From: an uncultured Candidatus Binatia bacterium
Lineage (GTDB): Bacteria > Desulfobacterota > Binatia > UBA9968 > JAJDTQ01
Direction of reading: 5' to 3'
Length of the DNA stretch: 64,000 nt
NCBI GenBank assembly: GCA_965213675.1
Contig: OZ243916.1
Location: 320,001 to 384,000 of the forward strand
A program made the translations under genes and the position numbers. The notes below the pieces were generated by a model, which had not been told where the DNA came from, did no database searches, and saw only the letters and a list, made by a program, of their open reading frames with translations. This document shows positions 57,843 through 64,000 of this stretch, one piece after another. How positions within the stretch are numbered: position 1 is the first letter of the stretch; every line of letters begins with the position of its first letter.

Positions 57843-60668
57843 TTACGGCCTGTATTGGTACGCCTCCGCCGCCGGCTTGTACGCGCGCGGCAGCCACAGC
57901 GGGCGCCGCAGGTTTTGCGGGCCGGGGGCCGGCCGGGTCAGCTTGAGCCAGCGCTTGTAGACCTCGTGGGACTTGTGGGTGTCCACGAAGATGTCACCGT
58001 AGCGGTCGTCCGCGCCGGGCTTTTCCACCCGCACCTTCTGGTGCCAGCAGTGCTGGCCGCTGATGTTGTCGGGCTGTACCGGGAAGGTGAGGTTCTGGTG
58101 CACGCCAGCCTCTTGCCACCAAACGCGCCCGGAGTCCTTGTCGGCGCTCTCGAAGGGCCGGATTCCGTGAAGCTGCCGCATCATCCACTGGCCCGGCGCC
58201 ACCTGTTCCAGGTTCACCAGCGCGGTGGCGAAGCGGCCGCCGCCGGTTTCCTCCTTGAGGCGCCAGCGCCCCAGGTGGTGCGAGCACGCCACCACGCCGG
58301 GGCGGATGCCCTCGGTGACCCACACCCGGTCCACGAAATAGCCGATCTCGGTGTGTACCTTCACGAGTTCGCCGGTGGTCACCCCGATGCGTTCGGCGTC
58401 CCGCGTATGGAGCCACACCGGATTCTTGTGGGAGATTTCGTAGAGCCACTTGGCGTTGGCCGAGCGGCTGTGGATCAGTGTCGGCAGGCGGAAGGTGGGC
58501 AGCAGCAGCATCTCGCCCTTGGCGGCGTCGATGTTGGAGTGGTGCACGTGGCTCTTGATGTAGCCCGGGTAGCGGTGCTCGGGCCACTTCCAGTCCTTCA
58601 AGGTCCCGGAATAGAATTCGAGCTTGCGCGACGGGGTGGGGAAGCCGGCGTAGCCTTGGCCGTCCACCTCCACGCCAATGGCGCCGCCGCCCTTGGAGAC
58701 GACCTTGGTGACCGGATCCACCGCGGCCTCGGCCATGTCCGCTTCCTTGATGGCGTTGGCGTGGCTGCTGTAGATGTTCTCCGCCACCAGGAAGGCGCCG
58801 TAGCGGCGCATGTATTCCAGCGGCGTGATGCCTTCGGCGGCCGCGGCTTCGGGCAGCCCGGGCACGCTGTTCTCGAACATCCACTGGTAGTACTCGGATA
58901 CGGCGAGCTTCTCGCCCGGCCGGTAGGGCGACTCGAAGTACTTGCGGATGCCCAGGGAGCCGTCGGGGTCGATGCGCCAGGACAGCTCGATCCAGAACTC
59001 GTCCTCCTCCCACACCTCGCCCAGCCCGGCTTCCGCGTGGGCTTCCCACGTCGTGTTGAAGGTCTTGCCCCGCCGCTCCAGCGCCACCCGCAGCACCGGC
59101 TGGCGAAAGCCGATCCAACGCGCCGAGTGGGTCTCCTGGCTCATGAGGTCGTGGCGCTCGGAGGCCAGTCCCATGGGCAGCACGTAGTCCGCGAACCACG
59201 CGGTCTCGCTCCAGGTGGGCGTCAGGCACGCGTGGCGCTCCACCTTGGACTCGTCGCTGAGCATCTCGATCCAGCTCATGCCGTCCGGGTTGGTCCATAC
59301 CGGGTTGTAGACACGGGTGAAGTACATGGCCAGCTTGCCCCGGCCCTCCTTCACCAAGTGCGGCAGCAGGAAACTCATTTCGAAGAAGGCCAGCGGAAAC
59401 TCCGGCGGATACATGAGCGGGTTCCACTCCTTGGCCGGCGGCGGCATCATGGGCGGGGCCGGGACGAACTTGTTCCAGGCATTGGGCGTGGTGCCGCCGG
59501 GCGCGCCCACGGCGCCCATCAGCACCACCATGAATTCCAGCGCCCGGGCCACCTCCCAGCCGCCCAGGTTGCCGGCGGCGGCGTTGCGCCACACGTGGGT
59601 GGCCAGGGCCGAGCCCGCGCGCGCCACCTCGTGGGCCACGTCCACGATCATGGCCGCGTCCACCCCGGACTCTTCCGCCGCGAACTCCGGCGTATACTGC
59701 GCGTAAAGGGTCTTGAGTATCTCCTCGAAGCGCTCGAAGGTCTGGGGCTCGTCAGGGTGTTCCTCGCGCAGGAACTGATCCCAGTTGACCCACTTGCGCA
59801 CGAACTCGCGGTCGTAGAGGCGCTCCTGAAGCAGCACGTTGCAGATGGCCAGCAGGACGGCGGCCTCGGTGCCGGGCCAGGTGGGCATCCAGTAGTCGGC
59901 CTTGGACGCGGTGTTGGACAGCCGTGTGTCGATGACGCAGACCTTGGCGCCGCGCTCCTTGGCCTCCATGATGCGCTGGGCGTGGGGGTTGAAGTAGTGG
60001 CCGGTCTCCAGGTGCGAACTCAGCAGCAGCATGAAGCGGGCGTTGGCGTGGTCGGGGGAGGGGCGGTCGATGCCGCACCAGAAGGCGTAGCCCGTGCGCG
60101 CTCCCGCGGAGCACACGTTGGTGTGGCTGTTGTGGGCGTCGATGCCCCATGCGTGCATGATGCGCTGGTGGTACAGCAGCTCATGGCCGGGCCGCCCCAC
60201 GTGGTACATGATCTCGTTGCGCCGGTCCTCCTCCAGGGCCTTGCGGATGCGTCCGGCCATGTCGTCCAGCACTTCGTCCCAGGTAACCCGCTCCCACTGG
60301 CCGCCGCCGCGCGGTCCCTTCCGTTTCATGGGGTAGAGGATGCGCTCGGCGTCGTACACCTGGTTGATGGTGGCCGGCCCCTTGGCGCAGTTCCGCCCGC
60401 GGCTTCCCGGGTGCTCCGGATTGCCCTCGAACTTGCGGATCTTCAGCGTTTCCTTGTCCACGTACGCGAGGAGTCCGCACGCCGCTTCGCAGTTGAAGCA
60501 GATGGTGGGCACCAAGTCATAGCGGCGCTCCACCCGCCTGGGCCACGCGGCCGCGTCGTATTCGGTCCAGTCCAGCCAGCGCTCCCGCGGCGGAAAGTTG
60601 CGCAGCCCCCCGTGGGGCGGCTCGAGGTTGGCGGCATCGGGGCTCAGGGGTTGTGGTTCATTTTTCAT
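57843..60668 (-). CDS. DMSO-reductase-family molybdopterin oxidoreductase catalytic subunit
   Basis: [4Fe-4S] motif CFNCEAAC...NCAKG; HTNVCS candidate Cys ligand; ETAWFADYVLP, TPSRKLEF, IHSR; no Tat signal; start 60668 (alternative 60734). Confidence 0.88.
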   Translation of the reverse strand: MKNEPQPLSPDAANLEPPHGGLRNFPPRERWLDWTEYDAAAWPRRVERRYDLVPTICFNCEAACGLLAYVDKETLKIRKFEGNPEHPGSRGRNCAKGPATINQVYDAERILYPMKRKGPRGGGQWERVTWDEVLDDMAGRIRKALEEDRRNEIMYHVGRPGHELLYHQRIMHAWGIDAHNSHTNVCSAGARTGYAFWCGIDRPSPDHANARFMLLLSSHLETGHYFNPHAQRIMEAKERGAKVCVIDTRLSNTASKADYWMPTWPGTEAAVLLAICNVLLQERLYDREFVRKWVNWDQFLREEHPDEPQTFERFEEILKTLYAQYTPEFAAEESGVDAAMIVDVAHEVARAGSALATHVWRNAAAGNLGGWEVARALEFMVVLMGAVGAPGGTTPNAWNKFVPAPPMMPPPAKEWNPLMYPPEFPLAFFEMSFLLPHLVKEGRGKLAMYFTRVYNPVWTNPDGMSWIEMLSDESKVERHACLTPTWSETAWFADYVLPMGLASERHDLMSQETHSARWIGFRQPVLRVALERRGKTFNTTWEAHAEAGLGEVWEEDEFWIELSWRIDPDGSLGIRKYFESPYRPGEKLAVSEYYQWMFENSVPGLPEAAAAEGITPLEYMRRYGAFLVAENIYSSHANAIKEADMAEAAVDPVTKVVSKGGGAIGVEVDGQGYAGFPTPSRKLEFYSGTLKDWKWPEHRYPGYIKSHVHHSNIDAAKGEMLLLPTFRLPTLIHSRSANAKWLYEISHKNPVWLHTRDAERIGVTTGELVKVHTEIGYFVDRVWVTEGIRPGVVACSHHLGRWRLKEETGGGRFATALVNLEQVAPGQWMMRQLHGIRPFESADKDSGRVWWQEAGVHQNLTFPVQPDNISGQHCWHQKVRVEKPGADDRYGDIFVDTHKSHEVYKRWLKLTRPAPGPQNLRRPLWLPRAYKPAAEAYQYRP

Positions 60669-60758
60669 GACGGCGGATTCCCTGCCGGGGTGGATTCCCC
60701 GGCGGTCTTCAAGCTCACGGGTTACCGAAGCCAACGCTTCAAGACGTCGTGCGGTCTG

Positions 60759-62294
60759 TCAGCTCAAGGGCACAGCCTGTCCCGCTTCGACCCAGAGGCT
60801 CTCGAACACCCAAAGGCCGACCAAGGCCATCAGCGCGGCCACCGGATGCAGAAACCACGAAGCCTCGGTCTGCGCCCCGGCCCACAGCAGGAACACCACG
60901 GGCAGCAGGACGCCCACGGCCATGAACAGCCCCCAGAACTTCTCCCGCAAGGCGCCGCGGGTCATCAACTCGGTGGCGCGGCGCATGTCCTCGCTGATGG
61001 GCGTGAGCCCGATCTCGCCCAGCACCATGCCCCCGGTGACGATCAACGAAACCATGAGCGTAGTGCCCAGGGTCGCCATGAGCGCGCCGTCGAGCCCGGT
61101 CACCAAGCCCACCAGCATCAAAGTCGCGGCGCCCGCGCTGACCGCCTGCACGAGCAGGTGCCAGAAGAAGAGCGGACTCTGCCACAGGTCTCGTCCCTTG
61201 GCCTGGGCGAAGAGAAACGCGGTATAGCCCGCGGCGCCGATGGCGAAAACCGTGCACGCCGCGGCGACCCAACCGGGCACCTGTCCCCCGCCGATGCCGT
61301 AGGCGAGCCACACGAGGCTGACCAGGGAATAGGCCATGAGGATGTAACCGCCGAGCACGAGCCATGAACGCAGATTCGGTTTGGTGAGCAGGTAATAGAA
61401 TCGGTCGGGCCGCTTCAGGTCGAACACGAGCAGGCCGGTCGTAATGCCGGTGAAGATCAGCGCCAGCACCGGCCCCACGACGTTCAGCAGCGGTCCGTCC
61501 TGGAGCTGTCCCAACACCATCAGCAGCGCCGCCACCATCAGCACACCCGCGCCGATGGACTTGGTCCAGAGATAAGCCGCGATCTTCGAGCCCCAGGGCC
61601 GGGGATGCGGCACGTCGTAGACCTCCCGCGCGCCGCCGGGAATCGGGCTGCCGTGCCGGGAGGACGACAGGGCGTAGAGGTCCTCGCCGGGGTATTTGTC
61701 AGCCCAGAAGTGAGTGTCGGCGGTCTCGGTCATGGTGGGCTGCAGCGCATCCTCCTCCACCCCCACGTAGAACAGCTTGGGGTGGGTGCCCTTGTGGGGC
61801 TTGCGCAGCGACACCTTGCGCGTGGCCACCGTGCGGGAGATGCGGCTTTCCGGATCGTCGAGGTCCCCCGACATGATCGCCTGGGTGGGGCACACCACCT
61901 CGCACGCGGGTTGAAGCCCCAACTCCACCCGGTGCGCGCAGAAGTTGCACTTGGCCGCGGTGTTGTGGTCGGGGTCGATGTACAGCGCGTCGTAGGGGCA
62001 CGCCTGCATGCACGACTTGCAGCCGATGCAGCGGTCGCTGTCGAAGTCCACGATGCCGTTGGGGCTCCGGTAGAGCGCCACCGTGGGACAGATCTCCACG
62101 CATGGCGCGTCGTCGCAGTGATTGCACCGCAGCACCGCGAAGTGGCGGCTCGTGGCCGGGAACGCCCCTTTCTCGATGTACTTGACCCAGGTGCGGTTCA
62201 CCCCCACTGGCACGTCGTGCTCGTCCTTGCACGCCACGGTGCACGCGTGGCAGCCGATGCAACGATCCTGGTCGATGACGAATCCGTAACGCAT
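60759..62294 (-). CDS. Fused 4Fe-4S dicluster (NrfC/DmsB-like) and NrfD/PsrC membrane anchor protein
   Basis: Four Cys clusters (CIGCHAC, CNHC..APC, CIGCKSC, CNFC..C) followed by about 8 TM segments with DL.RP.RF motif; GGAGG RBS. Confidence 0.9.
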   Translation of the reverse strand: MRYGFVIDQDRCIGCHACTVACKDEHDVPVGVNRTWVKYIEKGAFPATSRHFAVLRCNHCDDAPCVEICPTVALYRSPNGIVDFDSDRCIGCKSCMQACPYDALYIDPDHNTAAKCNFCAHRVELGLQPACEVVCPTQAIMSGDLDDPESRISRTVATRKVSLRKPHKGTHPKLFYVGVEEDALQPTMTETADTHFWADKYPGEDLYALSSSRHGSPIPGGAREVYDVPHPRPWGSKIAAYLWTKSIGAGVLMVAALLMVLGQLQDGPLLNVVGPVLALIFTGITTGLLVFDLKRPDRFYYLLTKPNLRSWLVLGGYILMAYSLVSLVWLAYGIGGGQVPGWVAAACTVFAIGAAGYTAFLFAQAKGRDLWQSPLFFWHLLVQAVSAGAATLMLVGLVTGLDGALMATLGTTLMVSLIVTGGMVLGEIGLTPISEDMRRATELMTRGALREKFWGLFMAVGVLLPVVFLLWAGAQTEASWFLHPVAALMALVGLWVFESLWVEAGQAVPLS

Positions 62295-62742
62295 GAAGTT
62301 CCTCCAAGCCCGCTGTATATCCGCCGGGAGTTGGGGCCGTCAAACCGGGCGGGGGAATAGTCGGGACTGGGCGCGCCGGCGCCGTGCTGTATGAGCGGAC
62401 GAGGTCCTTGAGGCTGACTGTGCCGTGGAAGTATGAGCGGGTCCTGCTCGTAACCCTTCGCTACGGGTGGCTCCGAGTGGCGTTGCCGCGCAAATCGCCG
62501 AGCTTGTGCAGACACCGCGATTCAACGCGGACACGGTAGTTGATGGGCACACGGATCGTCCCAAGCGTATGGTTGCGTTGCGGTACGCCAATGGAGTACC
62601 AACGTTTTCCGCACCGCTGCCAAGGCGCGGCGCGTTTATGTCGCGCTCATCGCCCTCGGGGGTCAGGACTGGATGACAGAGAGCGTCGCCAGACGAGAAT
62701 TCAAGTGATGTGCGCATCCGTAGTGAGGGTGAGGTTCAGGTG

Positions 62743-63678
62743 ATGCCCGCCGCAGGAAATGCCGCCATGCCCAAGCTCCGCAGCCTTCGAGACGCCATCG
62801 CCGGCGAGGTGGAGGATGGCATGTCCGTCTTCATGGGCGCGGCGCTGGAATCGCTTGTTCCCTTTGCCGCGGGTTACGAGATCATGCGGCAGCGCAAGCG
62901 CGGGTTGACGCTCATGACCACCATCTCCGACATGCAGTTCGACCAGATCATCGGCGCGGGGTGTGTGGACAAGGTGTGCGGGGCGTGGGTCGGCAACGTG
63001 GCGGCGGGGCTGGGGCACAACTACCGGCGCGCGGTGGAGCGGGGGGAGCCGGGACCGCTGGCGGTGGAGAACCATTCCAACTTCTCCATGGCCCTGGGGC
63101 TCAAGGCCGCGGCCATGGGTGTGCCCTATCTGCCCACGCGCACGCTCATGGGCACGGACTTCCGGGACGAGGCGTCGTTCGCCGCCGTGGCCTGTCCCTT
63201 CACCGGGGAGCGTTTGCTGGCGGTACGGGCGGTGAAGCCCGACGTCGCCATCCTGCACGTGCAGCGGGCCGACGAGGAGGGCAACGCGCATGTGTGGGGC
63301 AACCTCGGCGTCACCCAGGACGCGGCCATGGCGGCTGGCAAGGTGATTCTCACGTGCGAGGAGATCGTGCCCCACGACGTGATCCTGAGCGACCCCAACC
63401 GCACGTTGATTCCCGGCTTCCTGGTGGCGGCGTTGGCCTGCGTGCCGCTGGGCTCCCACCCGTCGCCAACCCAAGGCTACAGCCGGCGGGACGACGACTT
63501 CTACTTCGACTACCACGCGCAGTCACGGAACCGGGAGGGTTTCGACCAGTGGCTGGAACGTTGGGTGGTGGGGGTGGGCGGGCACGATGGTTACCTGGAT
63601 CGCCTTGGGAGCGAGCGGGCGGCGCGCCTCAAGCCCGGGCGGGACGCCATGGCGGCGCCGGTGAGCTATGGATATTAG
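62743..63678 (+). CDS. CoA-transferase subunit A (glutaconate/3-oxoadipate CoA-transferase type)
   Basis: P.AA.YEIMRQ, AAAMGVPYLP.R...GTD, CPFTGE, PDVAILHVQRAD..GN, HPS...GY.RD; start 62743 or 62767. Confidence 0.88.
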   Translation: MPAAGNAAMPKLRSLRDAIAGEVEDGMSVFMGAALESLVPFAAGYEIMRQRKRGLTLMTTISDMQFDQIIGAGCVDKVCGAWVGNVAAGLGHNYRRAVERGEPGPLAVENHSNFSMALGLKAAAMGVPYLPTRTLMGTDFRDEASFAAVACPFTGERLLAVRAVKPDVAILHVQRADEEGNAHVWGNLGVTQDAAMAAGKVILTCEEIVPHDVILSDPNRTLIPGFLVAALACVPLGSHPSPTQGYSRRDDDFYFDYHAQSRNREGFDQWLERWVVGVGGHDGYLDRLGSERAARLKPGRDAMAAPVSYGY

Positions 63679-63972
63679 GGAGAGTCCCATCAATTGAGAT
63701 GGCGCCCTCCGACAGGGTCACGACACCAGGAGTCCGGCCGAGTAGGCGGGACTCTACCGCGAGGTATGGAATGGTCCGTGCAAGGGCGACCGGCGGTGGC
63801 CCCTACAAGCGGGTGGAACGAAGTCGAAGGGCGCCAAATCGGCTGCGGCCATTGAATCGCAACGCCTGGGATGCTACCGGAGTGGGACGGCGGCGGTGGG
63901 AGCATCGTGACCCCTTCTTGCACTGGATCGAGTCCGGGGTGGCGCCCACGGATCACGTCCGGCTTGACCAAG

Positions 63973-64000
63973 ATGACTTACACGCGGCGAGAACTCATGG
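63973..64000 (+). CDS. Probable start of CoA-transferase subunit B (truncated by the window end)
   Basis: MTYTRRELM resembles the YT..E.M N-terminus of B subunits; follows subunit A. Confidence 0.5.

Noticed and set aside
60668-60761. The UGA stop of the NrfC-NrfD gene is in frame with the downstream Mo subunit and is followed by a small hairpin, suggesting Sec readthrough
   Set aside because: AGQAVPLS looks like a normal NrfD C-terminus and is not a Cys-equivalent site. The same stop-free in-frame coincidence occurs at recJ-helicase (19921) and aminopeptidase-hydrolase (36338), as expected at high GC.
57795-61367. 1190-aa plus-strand ORF and many other long antisense ORFs
   Set aside because: Shadow frames of high-GC3 genes on the opposite strand; no recognisable motifs
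62390-62700. Lower-GC3 intergenic stretch with short ORFs, possibly a decayed gene
   Set aside because: No recognisable motif in any frame

Overview
High-GC bacterial chromosomal window. The gene orders queA-tgt-yajC-secD-secF-recJ and rplU-rpmA-obgE-proB-proA-nadD-rsfS, followed by gltX with tRNA-Gln/tRNA-Glu, suggest a deltaproteobacteria-like lineage (inference only). It contains: (i) a degraded accessory zone at the 3' end of a selenocysteine tRNA (HEPN/MNT pair, IS3 scar, orphan antitoxin); (ii) three molybdoenzyme loci (cytoplasmic BisC/TorA-like enzyme, a CoxMSL-like hydroxylase, and a DMSO-reductase-family enzyme with a fused NrfC-NrfD partner); (iii) the housekeeping block, interrupted by a PLD-SF2 helicase-DUF3427 (SauUSI-like) candidate restriction enzyme; (iv) five tRNAs in total; (v) an aromatic/organic-acid catabolism region (LigAB and PcaGH ring-cleavage dioxygenases, TPP enzymes, acyl-CoA ligase, CoA-transferase, three tandem TctC binding proteins with TctAB). 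The less ordinary signals are a HigBA module boxed by 56-57 bp inverted repeats and nested IS3 ends, a second TA module between 113-bp direct repeats with an apparently leaderless ATC start, a 155-bp MITE with a target duplication, an orphan ARPP-1/DUF6569 gene with a WYL-activator-type promoter, and several dispersed palindromic repeat families. No CRISPR array or rRNA was seen. All family assignments come from motif recognition by eye, not from database searches.
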